Shown piece by piece: positions 55,801 to 64,000 of a stretch of 64,000 nucleotides of DNA (its first letter is position 1; every line of letters starts with the position of its first letter). The notes below the pieces were generated by a model that had not been told where the DNA came from, ran no database searches, and saw only the letters and a list, made by a program, of their open reading frames with translations. The DNA lies in IMG/VR virus record IMGVR_UViG_3300038457_000086, positions 3,097-67,096 of that record; one strand, 5' to 3'. The stretch is from a virus. Made by a program: the position numbers and the translations under genes.

Positions 55801-57434
55801 GCCGCTACCAGTGAGCGGAGCGCGTCAAAGGCCGAGGTCTCCTTCTCGGTCTTGGTGACACCGAGCAGTCCCTCAAGACACTTGTGTGTGGGCGCGCCCT
55901 CCTCGGTCTTGGCGTCGAGTTCGGCGATCACCTGACCGCAGTGCGGGCAGGTCGTTGGGACACCGGACAGGTTGCCGTGGTGGTCGCTGTCCTTGTGCTC
56001 CCGCTCGGGGACCTCGGGGCCATCCGGGTCAGAGGTGGCCTGCCCGGTCTGTTGGCCCTGGGAGTGGGGGGAGCCATCCCATGTCACGGTCTGGCCGCCG
56101 GCGCCCGGGTCGGCGGCGGCGCCGAACGCCTTGCGGAGCTCGCCGAAGGATGTGTTGGTCTTGTCAGCGACGCCGGGTGTGGAGCTGTCTTCGCTAGAGC
56201 CGTTGCCGTCGCCCTTCTCGCGTGAGATGACGCCGGGCTCGTGAGCCTTGAGGACCGTGTTGCAGTCCGGGCAGCGACCGTCGTCCGTGAGCTTGCCCTT
56301 CTGCTCCCGGCATTCCGGACAGTAGCTACCGGCACCCTTTGCGCCCGCGAGCGTCGCACGGCCTTCCTCCGCCTGGACTGCGGTCTCGGCGACCGTGACC
56401 TCCTTGGCGATCGTCGTGACGCCGGACCACTCGCTATAGGAGCGGAGGCGTTCGCTGGGGAGACGGACCTTCGCCACATTGAGCAGGGAGCCAGTGGTCT
56501 TGCCGAGGCTTTGGTGATGGGCAACGATCGCCTGGTGGGCTTCCCTATGCGATGCGAAGTGACCAGCAAGAGGCCGCGATGTGCTGCCCGTAATCCCACT
56601 GGCCGTGATGCCGTCCCGATTACTCGCATGGCTAGAGATGCCGATGACATTGCTGCCGTGATAGTGCTCGTGCATACCAGAGCGAAGGCCTCCAACCGTG
56701 ATCTCACTATGGCTATACCCCGGCTCACCCGCCGCCTTCGCTACATCGTCCTCGCCTAGCAGCGTCTTGAGGTGATCGACGACTGACCAGTCAGCGTCAA
56801 CGTCAGAGCGCCCGTTCGTGTTGCCCGGCCCCTCGCTGACGGGCTGTACAGGTGTTCCGATGTCCGGTGCCGCACCGCGCTTAGCGCCGTGCGCAATCTG
56901 ATCCCAAGCGGAAGGCGCCTCGGCAGTCGAACGCTCAGCAGTGGTCGTCGCGTTGTCCATCGACGGTGACCGGTAGCCGAGGAACTGGCCGAGATCGACC
57001 TCCACGGCCTTCCCTCCGCCGCGCGGTGCGACCATTACAACACCGTCCTGGCGTACGTGGTCGACGATCCCTTCGCTGTCCTGACCGTCGTAGATGAACT
57101 TGACCTGTGTAGAGGGCTGGAAGAGGTCGAACAGCGGGCCTTGACTCGACTGGTTGGCGGTGTGCTCGCCGAAGCCCTCGTCGAACATCGTCCCGCCGTG
57201 CGCGTCTGGCATGGAGGTCCACTCGCGCCAGTCGTCGAAGATTTCGCCGTGCTGCCCGTTCTCCGGTGCGGTCGGGTTGCCGAACTCATCGAAGTTCCTG
57301 CCAGCTCGGCCTGCAGGCTTCGGCTGGAGGTTGAACCCCTCGTCGAATTTCGCGCCGCCGTGTAGGGACTGCGGACGGTCGGGGAAGCTGTCGAACAGCG
57401 CGCCGTGCCCGGTATCGGTCTTGGTGGGAGCCAT
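55797..57434 (-). CDS. Mosaic head-associated protein with G-x-x-FD repeats and Zn ribbons
   Basis: Six GxxFD units; CPEC..CPDC; CPHC. Confidence 0.65.
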   Translation of the reverse strand: MAPTKTDTGHGALFDSFPDRPQSLHGGAKFDEGFNLQPKPAGRAGRNFDEFGNPTAPENGQHGEIFDDWREWTSMPDAHGGTMFDEGFGEHTANQSSQGPLFDLFQPSTQVKFIYDGQDSEGIVDHVRQDGVVMVAPRGGGKAVEVDLGQFLGYRSPSMDNATTTAERSTAEAPSAWDQIAHGAKRGAAPDIGTPVQPVSEGPGNTNGRSDVDADWSVVDHLKTLLGEDDVAKAAGEPGYSHSEITVGGLRSGMHEHYHGSNVIGISSHASNRDGITASGITGSTSRPLAGHFASHREAHQAIVAHHQSLGKTTGSLLNVAKVRLPSERLRSYSEWSGVTTIAKEVTVAETAVQAEEGRATLAGAKGAGSYCPECREQKGKLTDDGRCPDCNTVLKAHEPGVISREKGDGNGSSEDSSTPGVADKTNTSFGELRKAFGAAADPGAGGQTVTWDGSPHSQGQQTGQATSDPDGPEVPEREHKDSDHHGNLSGVPTTCPHCGQVIAELDAKTEEGAPTHKCLEGLLGVTKTEKETSAFDALRSLVAA

Positions 57435-57445
57435 GATGTGCTCTC

Positions 57446-57779
57446 TCAGTCGATGGTGAAGAGTGCGTTGACGGTCCCCGCGACACCGCTGCCACCAGCG
57501 GCGAGCGTGACTTTGATCGGTTTCCCCGGAGCACCTTGAAATTCGGGGTTGAGTTCCACCGGGCCAACAGCGGGCACAAGCATGGTCAGCGTGGTCACCG
57601 TGTCCGTGATCACCAGTTCGCCGCCCGAGAGTGTGCCGGGACCGTAGCCGAACAGCACCCGGATGAGACGCATCCTCATGCTTTCTTCCGGGGTCTTCGA
57701 TTCGGCTACAGCGGCTTTGTTTGCGGCGGGGGCGGCTGGCACCCAGGCAAGATTTTCACGCGGATATGGGATAGGGCAT
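57446..57779 (-). CDS. Small beta-rich virion protein; apparent frameshift near 57769
   Basis: AAGGA-linked ATG at 57779 is 1 nt out of frame with the open frame ending at 57446. Confidence 0.55.
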
Positions 57780-57900
57780 CAGTCCTTGCACATGCGGCAG
57801 TCGCAGGGGGAAGTGGATCAAGCGATGCGTCCGGGACCGCGAACGGGTGTCCCTCTCTGTAGTGCCTATGCCATGCGTGCCGGTAAAACGGTCACGGGGC

Positions 57901-58167
57901 TCAGATGCTGTCAGCGATGCGTGCCGCTGGGGTATCGAACTCCTTGTGCAGATCATCCCCTGGGTTGGGACGTCGTTTGCGTCCGATCCGACCAGTCACG
58001 TCGGTTGAGTAGAAGCCCGGGCCCCTGAAGCAGATCGCTGCGGGCGGCTCAAATACACGCCTCGCGCGTTTCCCGCAGTCGCACTGGATGTGCTCAGGGT
58101 GGTCGCTCATCTTGAACAAGCCCTCGGTGTGATGACCCTCGGGGCACCGGTAGGTATAAGTCGGCAT
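57901..58167 (-). CDS. FmdB-family zinc-ribbon protein
   Basis: MPTYTYRC..GH...CDCG...RRV....FRGPGFYSTD. Confidence 0.85.
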   Translation of the reverse strand: MPTYTYRCPEGHHTEGLFKMSDHPEHIQCDCGKRARRVFEPPAAICFRGPGFYSTDVTGRIGRKRRPNPGDDLHKEFDTPAARIADSI

Positions 58168-58186
58168 CGCAGGGTATCCTCTCTTT

Positions 58187-58459
58187 GTGGATCTCTTTGG
58201 CTCACCTAGCGACATGAGCTTCTGGAGCTCCTGTATGCACGCTGAGCACACGGAGATCCTTGACGGACAGGCGATATGCACGAGCTGCGGAGCGACGGTC
58301 GAACCGGCACTTACCGAGCGCGCTTTCGACCGTACATGCGAGCTGATATGGCGCGACTTCGGGGCTGCGGGCCGTCACTCACTTCGATGTGTTGAGACGC
58401 CCGACGGCTGGTGCTGTGCAGATGACTGCAAAATTATCCGGCGGCCAGCAGCTCTTTGA
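58187..58459 (+). CDS. Small antisense Cys-rich protein, leaderless
   Basis: TATCCT-N6-GTG; CMH..CTSC..H..C..CCADDC. Confidence 0.45.
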   Translation: MDLFGSPSDMSFWSSCMHAEHTEILDGQAICTSCGATVEPALTERAFDRTCELIWRDFGAAGRHSLRCVETPDGWCCADDCKIIRRPAAL

Positions 58460-60176
58460 CTTCCTGCAGCGGGCCGAAGTTCGACAGGTATGCCCAGGTG
58501 AAGTTCCCGCGGTCTTCCTGCCCGTTGCCGTCGAGGAACCCGATGGTGCGATCGTCGTAGAGGGTGTCCATCAGTGCCTGGAGTGGCTCAAGAGTGCCGG
58601 GCACTCGATCGGCTTGGTAGGCCGCAAGCAGATCCTGTAGTTCGTTCCCGGCTCGCTCGGCGTGCTGCACCCACTCGGGGTGCTCGTGAGCGAGTCGTCC
58701 TCCGGTGCCGGCGAGCATGTGCCCGTGCTTGACGTATTCGCCGTTCGCCGGCTGGGCCGGACCGATCACCCACGCGTCCCCGCCGACGTCGTAGACGCCC
58801 TGACCGGTATGGCGGATGTCCCGCTCGAACTCGTCCTCGGTGGCCTCAAGCCGCACGTATGCGTCTAGTCGAAGTCCGGGGGCGACCTCGACATCGGCCT
58901 TGGCGCGCTTGACCCAGGACTCCAGGAGCTTCCGTAGCTCCATCGGGCTCATGCCTGCCCACAATGGTCGGTCCTTGCGGACCTGCGCGTAGTCGATCAC
59001 GAGGTGCGTGTCCACATCCGGATAGGTCGGGGTGTGGTGCGAGCCAAGCCATGGGTGCGCCCAGCCCGTGCCCCACTGGTAGCTCGTGGCGGAGCCGGTG
59101 ATGTAGACCTTCGCCCATTCCCGCCAGCCGTCGCCGAGCACGCCCGTCCAGAAGTTGAGGATCGCGGTGCGGACGTCCGGCTTGAGCTGTTTGTCTTCCC
59201 ATACCAGCGGGTCGAGGCCGACCTGCGGCGGGTCGAAGAACCCCTTGCTCACCCGTCCCGTGGAGCGGACCTTCTCGACGACGTGGCCGAGCATGTGATC
59301 GAAGGGGTCGCGGATCGTCTTGCCGGCGAAGAACGCTTCCAGGCGCTCGTTGTGCGCGTACTGCGGTCGGAGCTGCCCGGACGTGTCGAACATCTCGCTC
59401 AGCGCCTCGTCGTCCAGGCCCGTGTCGCGCATGTGCGCGTACTGCTCCTGCGCTTCCTGATACAGCTCCTCCACATATGGCAAAGCCGCGTGACTACATC
59501 TGGGGTGCAATGGTATACACGGCACCCATTCCGCGCGTTTCTTGCCGTAGTTGCTGTTCGTCTTCAAGATGCTCGCGAGGAACACCCTATTCTCGATCAG
59601 CTCTTTGCAGGCTGCGCATGCGCCGGCATGGGGAGGGACCCAAACTTCGTCATAGCCCATCTGCACGCAGCCATCGAGTCGGCCCAGCGCATTGGCGCGT
59701 GCCATCTCGGTCTGTGCGACGAGCCGCCAGTCACGATCGGCGGCTTCCGTGGCCTTGTATAGCGCGCTCGCGACATTGACGGGGTTCGTCTCGCCCTGCA
59801 CCCCATACAGCACCGCGGAGCGGATGTCGTCCGCGTAGCGGTCCAGTGTGCCGGTGAGCTCGTGCTCGAGTAGCCATCGCAGCCACTCGCTCGTCGCACG
59901 GTCAGGCGCGGGCGTGACCATTGGTGCGCGGGTGCCGAGTAGCCGCAGGAACCGTGTGGTCTGCCCATGACCCTGCAGGTACGCCTGGTGCGGCATGTCC
60001 CGGGCACCGTGCAGGACGTTCTGCTTCCACCGCTGGATAGCGTCGTTGACCGCCTCCCAGCGCTTTGGGGTGAGCAGACCCTTGTGGAGGCCGAAGCGCT
60101 TGACTACATCTAGCTCATGCGCTGGGGTCGGGATGCTTAGCTGGGTGCGGAGGCCCGCGAGGAGATCATCGGTCAT
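58434..60176 (-). CDS. MuF/gp7-like head morphogenesis protein fused to a Pol-beta-like nucleotidyltransferase domain
   Basis: RDWRLVAQTE...ACAAC...PLHPRCS (MuF); VYITGSATSYQW...PDVDTHLVID (GS-DxD). Confidence 0.8.
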   Translation of the reverse strand: MTDDLLAGLRTQLSIPTPAHELDVVKRFGLHKGLLTPKRWEAVNDAIQRWKQNVLHGARDMPHQAYLQGHGQTTRFLRLLGTRAPMVTPAPDRATSEWLRWLLEHELTGTLDRYADDIRSAVLYGVQGETNPVNVASALYKATEAADRDWRLVAQTEMARANALGRLDGCVQMGYDEVWVPPHAGACAACKELIENRVFLASILKTNSNYGKKRAEWVPCIPLHPRCSHAALPYVEELYQEAQEQYAHMRDTGLDDEALSEMFDTSGQLRPQYAHNERLEAFFAGKTIRDPFDHMLGHVVEKVRSTGRVSKGFFDPPQVGLDPLVWEDKQLKPDVRTAILNFWTGVLGDGWREWAKVYITGSATSYQWGTGWAHPWLGSHHTPTYPDVDTHLVIDYAQVRKDRPLWAGMSPMELRKLLESWVKRAKADVEVAPGLRLDAYVRLEATEDEFERDIRHTGQGVYDVGGDAWVIGPAQPANGEYVKHGHMLAGTGGRLAHEHPEWVQHAERAGNELQDLLAAYQADRVPGTLEPLQALMDTLYDDRTIGFLDGNGQEDRGNFTWAYLSNFGPLQEVKELLAAG

Positions 60177-62098
60177 CAGACATGCGCGGTCAGCAGGTTC
60201 GCGCGTTTCTCCTCCAACTGCTGCGGATCTTTCGCCACAAGCGCCTCATGATGGGTGCGGCCGGCGAGCATCATCGCTTTCACACGATGCTGCCCGTCAG
60301 TGATCCAGAGACTGCCGTCTTCGCGCTCATTGACCTTCACATCGCCGTCCAACTCGATGCCAGCACGTAGGCGCTTGAGCATGCTCAACACCTTCTCGCG
60401 GTCTTCGGGACGCTGGTAGTCCGTGTCGACGCGCAGCTCAGCCAGGTTGACCTGCCGGCGCTGCGGCATCGTGACGGTCTTCCCAAGCGGCATTTGTAGG
60501 ATGCCCTCCAGCTCCTTGACGAGGCTGTCGGACGCTTTCTCGAAGACGCTCTCGGCATCCTCCTGCCGCTCAACGAGCTGAGGGTTGTGCTGGTCGAAAA
60601 CCTTTGCGGTCTTCTCGGCCTCTGGGCTTCCGAACTCCGGAGCGGACTCGCCCGTAGTGTTCCCGCCCTTCCCGCCGGCGTTTAGCTCCGCAAAGCGTTC
60701 CTTCGCTTCTTCGGACTTCTGCTCAGCACGAGCCGCCGGAGAGAGCGCTTCCAGATCCTCGGGCGTGGCGGGCAAAGGGAAGATTTCCGTGTCGGTGGTG
60801 TACTCGTCCAGGCCCTCGTTTTCGCCTGGTTCCAGGCCGATGGCCTCGCGCCACTCCGCACGGGTAGCAACGCCCTTTTCGACGCGGATCGAGAACCGTG
60901 CGTCGATTGCCTCCTGGCTCTCCTCCTCATCATCGAACGCGAACTTGACGTAGTCCCCGACACCTAGGCCGTGCTCGCCGATGACCTCGACCTCGAAGTA
61001 GTCCGCGATCAGCGTCAACAGCGGTTGGATGCCCTTTTCGGTTTCGCTCTGATCCTCGCTCTCCGCCGTGGAGTGGTTCACGTCCTGGATCAGGTTCATT
61101 TCCTTCGTCGTGATCTGGTAGTTCGCGCAGACCTTCTTCAACAGCCATTCCTGGTAGGCCATGTATTCCATGTCTTTGTTGCTAGCCCGCCACGGAATCC
61201 ACTCAGCCTGCGAACCGCCGACGATCGGGATCGCCCACGGCCGGCCCATAATCTCGTTCATCCAGTACAGCCGAAAAGCGTTCACGTCCTCCGGTGCGGC
61301 CTCCGGGCCGAGGTTGATCAAGCCCTCGGGAACTGAACCCTTCTCGAAGTAGCTCGCGTTGTACTTCGACGCATACAGCTCGGCGGTGACGGACACGATG
61401 AGGTTCTCGAGCGGACTGAACCCGAACCCGGACATCCGCACATCCGTCTGCGGGTTGTCCATCATCCAAATGATGTCCTCGATCCCGAACCGCGCGGTGA
61501 CCTGACCGTCCACGACCTGCACGTAGGCGTCGTCGTGGAAGCCGCCGCGCTCGTCCATGTTCGGCGCCATTGTCGCCCCATCCACGGGGTACATCGCGGC
61601 GATCCACTTGTCGACCGTCCACTCCTTCTCGATGATCCCCTGGTCGAGGGTGAGGATGTCGACGAGGACCTCGTTGATGAACTGCCGCCAACTCCGTGAG
61701 GTGGGCCGGCTGCCGTGCATGCTGGGGCGCTTCAACAGGTTCGTGATCTTCGTGCAGAGCGCTTCAACACCAGGGCTTTCATCGGCCTCGTCCTGGGGGA
61801 GAACGGACCAGGATGCCTTCCCGATCTGGTTCTTGCGGGTCTTGATGACCGCCGCTACCCATTCGCATCTGGTCGCCATCATCCTGAGCGTCTGATAAGT
61901 GATAGACGTCGGCTTAGGCTTGCCCCTGGATGGGTCCCACACCTGACTGAGGGTGGTGCCCTGGCTCTTGACGCGCTTTTCAACCTGGTCGAGCATCGCG
62001 TCCTGGTCGAGACGTTGGAGGGCCTGCGTGCTAGTGAGGGGCGTCCCTCCCACTACCGAGATCGGCTGTCCGTCAGGTCCGTAAATGGTCCGTGCCAA
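60176..62098 (-). CDS. Portal protein with C-terminal ParB/Srx-like domain
   Basis: VDGATM, GFSPLE, YFEKGSVPEGLI, NKDMEY, KGIQPLL; tail VDTDYQR...ITDGQHR. Confidence 0.9.
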   Translation of the reverse strand: MARTIYGPDGQPISVVGGTPLTSTQALQRLDQDAMLDQVEKRVKSQGTTLSQVWDPSRGKPKPTSITYQTLRMMATRCEWVAAVIKTRKNQIGKASWSVLPQDEADESPGVEALCTKITNLLKRPSMHGSRPTSRSWRQFINEVLVDILTLDQGIIEKEWTVDKWIAAMYPVDGATMAPNMDERGGFHDDAYVQVVDGQVTARFGIEDIIWMMDNPQTDVRMSGFGFSPLENLIVSVTAELYASKYNASYFEKGSVPEGLINLGPEAAPEDVNAFRLYWMNEIMGRPWAIPIVGGSQAEWIPWRASNKDMEYMAYQEWLLKKVCANYQITTKEMNLIQDVNHSTAESEDQSETEKGIQPLLTLIADYFEVEVIGEHGLGVGDYVKFAFDDEEESQEAIDARFSIRVEKGVATRAEWREAIGLEPGENEGLDEYTTDTEIFPLPATPEDLEALSPAARAEQKSEEAKERFAELNAGGKGGNTTGESAPEFGSPEAEKTAKVFDQHNPQLVERQEDAESVFEKASDSLVKELEGILQMPLGKTVTMPQRRQVNLAELRVDTDYQRPEDREKVLSMLKRLRAGIELDGDVKVNEREDGSLWITDGQHRVKAMMLAGRTHHEALVAKDPQQLEEKRANLLTAHV

Positions 62099-62101
62099 GT
62101 C

Positions 62102-62530
62102 TCAGCCCTTCCCTGCTCGCCAGCGGCGTGTTGCAGCTCGACGGCATGTCGCACATGCGCGCTTGCCGCGATGAATGTAGGTGTTGGTCTCGTCGTAGAC
62201 GTGACCCTGTGGGCAGTGCGTCTTGGCACGCTGACGTTCTCGCACAGCGTATCCCGCATGCCCCCGTCGAGAGTTCTCTGCGCTCGTAACGGGCTCAAGG
62301 TGCGCCGGGTTGACGCAGGCGCGGTTGCGGGAGAGGTGGTCGATCTCCAGCCCGGGGGCAACCTCACCGTGGACCAGTTCGTAGGCAACGCGCGATGCGA
62401 CACGAGAGCCGCCATTGATCCAGAAGCGTCCATAGCCATTGGCGCGAGCGGCCGTCCACTCCCAGCATGGGCCCAGATACGGCGACAGCATTCGCCCCCG
62501 GAAGTTGACCTTTGCCCAGAAATGCTCCAT
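62102..62530 (-). CDS. HNH homing-type endonuclease
   Basis: FWAKV..CWEW..GYG..RVAYE..DHL.RNRACVNPAHL..KTHCPQGH. Confidence 0.9.
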   Translation of the reverse strand: MEHFWAKVNFRGRMLSPYLGPCWEWTAARANGYGRFWINGGSRVASRVAYELVHGEVAPGLEIDHLSRNRACVNPAHLEPVTSAENSRRGHAGYAVRERQRAKTHCPQGHVYDETNTYIHRGKRACATCRRAATRRWRAGKG

Positions 62531-62621
62531 CAGCATGGCCGCCCGCACTTGATGCAAGTTCCGACCGGCAGGTCAGGTAGCGGGCGCGGCTTGCCGTCTT
62601 TGCCCTTGCAGACGCAGGCGC

Positions 62622-62924
62622 TCATAGCGGATTCTCCGCGTCGAACGGAAGACGGCCATGCTCTATCTGTTCGACCTCCTCGCGGAATCTATCCTCTACC
62701 ATACGCGCCAACCACACCACCTCGTCTGGGTCCTCGTGCGCGATAGAGACCGAGGGCAGCTCCCAGCGGACGAGCGCGTAAGTCCCGTGGATTGGAGCGC
62801 CATCCGGGACCCCGGCGAGAAGACAGCCGTGCCAGCGTCCCCGCTTTATCAGCGGGTCGGTAGCTCGTAGCGCGCCTACGCGCTCCTGCCACTGCTGGAG
62901 GTTCATAGCCTCGCCGACGCTCAT
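62622..62924 (-). CDS. Hypothetical protein
   Basis: ATGA overlaps. Confidence 0.5.
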   Translation of the reverse strand: MSVGEAMNLQQWQERVGALRATDPLIKRGRWHGCLLAGVPDGAPIHGTYALVRWELPSVSIAHEDPDEVVWLARMVEDRFREEVEQIEHGRLPFDAENPL

Positions 62925-63112
62925 GCGGATGCCCGCTTCCCTACGCGCCAGCCGATAACAGCGCCTATCCCCGCAGAGCCAAATACGACGAGGAACATTG
63001 CGATCAGAGCGATGTTCCCCAACACGGCAGCCCCAAAAATGGTGGAACCCACGATGCCAAACACGCTGCCGATGTAGGTACTCCAGAAACATGTCTCCAA
63101 CTGACCTTTCAT
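62921..63112 (-). CDS. Small two-TM membrane protein
   Basis: Hydrophobic; GGAGG RBS. Confidence 0.55.
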   Translation of the reverse strand: MKGQLETCFWSTYIGSVFGIVGSTIFGAAVLGNIALIAMFLVVFGSAGIGAVIGWRVGKRASA

Positions 63113-63326
63113 CGGCGCGCCCTCCGCTGACGCTCAGATTCATAGCGACTACTCCGAAGGGGGTTCTTGCGTCGCTCGCGCGCTGTAATCGCCGCACGCC
63201 GTATGCCCTCGGCGAGGAAACCGGCCATCTTGAGGCGCGAATCTAATATTGAGTCGGCCTCGGCCAATTCACGCCGGGCCTTGTCGCGCTCTCCGCTGAT
63301 GGGGTATCCACTTAGATGGCCCTGGC

Positions 63327-63557
63327 TCATGCGTCCTCACGATCAACGAGCCGGAACTGCTCCTCGAATCGTGGCAACGGGATCGAGTCGTGCATCGCGG
63401 GATCGATGCTGCCTTTCGAGTGCCAGTAGCCCGTCACGAGGGGCACGTCATGGTGGCCGCAGACGTGCATGACCGAGAAGCGCCCGCACGGAGACCGTCC
63501 GCTGAGGGCTACCTGCTCCCACACGTCACCGTGGCAAGGGCGCTCTTGAACGCTCAT
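63327..63557 (-). CDS. Cargo ORF 2, hypothetical
   Basis: ATGA-coupled to cargo ORF 1. Confidence 0.55.
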   Translation of the reverse strand: MSVQERPCHGDVWEQVALSGRSPCGRFSVMHVCGHHDVPLVTGYWHSKGSIDPAMHDSIPLPRFEEQFRLVDREDA

Positions 63558-63880
63558 CGCCGTGCTCCGATCCGATGCTGGTCGATGGCGGAGGACGAGC
63601 GGCATGGCCCGTCGTGACCGCCCGGAAGCTCGCAGACTGGATCGTAGGTGTCGCCACCACTCCCAATCAGCGTCCGCGCGCAGTGCATCGACAGTGGCCG
63701 AAAGGCGTTGTGGAGCTGCTCTCGCGTGACCATGATGTCTTTCCCGGCCATCGAGCCCGTCAGGCGCCGAAGACGCATCCGCTTACCAGCGCGAGCCGTG
63801 AGGATGATGACCATGCTTTCGGTCGGGCCGGACCAGTGGCCGCACCACACATAGCCGGGGATCATCTCGCTCTCGTTCAT
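63554..63880 (-). CDS. Cargo ORF 1 with C-x-L-x-x-GHDG-x-C motif
   Basis: GGAGGAG RBS just inside the TIR; CELPGGHDGPC. Confidence 0.6.
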   Translation of the reverse strand: MNESEMIPGYVWCGHWSGPTESMVIILTARAGKRMRLRRLTGSMAGKDIMVTREQLHNAFRPLSMHCARTLIGSGGDTYDPVCELPGGHDGPCRSSSAIDQHRIGARR

Positions 63881-64000
63881 CTCAGTTCTCCTCCGGGCCA
63901 TCTAAGTGGATACCCCATCTCCGCTGACCGTATGCAGTTCGCGATGCAGCGTGTCGATCTTCCCCAGCGCATCAGCAACTTTGTCGACGTCCGTGAGCCT

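Larger units (their letters stand above)
63299..63918. mobile_element. Non-autonomous IS1595-type cassette with cargo
   Basis: Perfect 24-bp TIR atggggtatccacttagatggccc (63299-63322, 63895-63918); direct repeat CTCCGCTG at 63291-63298 and 63919-63926; no transposase. Confidence 0.92.
63109..64000 (-). pseudogene. Coiled-coil gene split by the 620-bp cassette
   Basis: Removing the element plus one TSD gives in-frame ...GKIDTLHRELHTVSGERDKARRELAEAD... Confidence 0.8.

Noticed and set aside
1-64000. Stop-codon reassignment
   Set aside because: Core genes are full-length in code 11 and all three stops are used; only isolated defects occur
62102-64000. Terminase upstream of the portal
   Set aside because: No Walker A/B or nuclease motifs; only small ORFs, so the terminase must be outside the window

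Overview
The window is most of a GC-rich tailed phage (or prophage) genome with a contractile tail. Almost all genes are on the minus strand. Reading right to left, the late region runs: HNH, portal, MuF-like head morphogenesis protein, prohead protease/scaffold, major capsid, neck, sheath, tube, frameshifted tail chaperone, tape measure, baseplate, and an enlarged lysis/cell-envelope cassette. A strong terminator and a leaderless sigma-A-type promoter follow. The promoter drives an XRE-HTH gene and a long early operon (RecT-like, PD-(D/E)XK exonuclease, RuvC-like, replication initiator, DnaA-N-like, mIHF-like, two DNA methyltransferases, sigma-region-4-like activator). Two large fibre/spike genes close the window. 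I found no terminase or integrase. The mIHF-like and Rpf-like genes and the leaderless promoters point to an actinobacterial host, possibly Thermoleophilia (inference). Four observations stand out. (1) From about 9.5 to 27 kb, about ten early genes are built from modules joined by frame-locked, DNA-conserved direct repeats (AAREEP / AAREDTERP / QEREAL / VRDTEQE). I counted 12 exact copies of a 14-mer by eye, and two whole modules are duplicated between genes at these joints. This is a candidate domain-shuffling system. (2) A type I hammerhead-like ribozyme sits upstream of a structured RNA at the end of the late operon. (3) A 620-bp IS1595-type non-autonomous cassette has perfect 24-bp TIRs, an 8-bp TSD and phage-like cargo, and two further solo ends occur elsewhere. 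(4) Extra domains are fused to head proteins: portal-ParB-like and MuF-nucleotidyltransferase-like. All family calls come from motif recognition by eye, not database searches.
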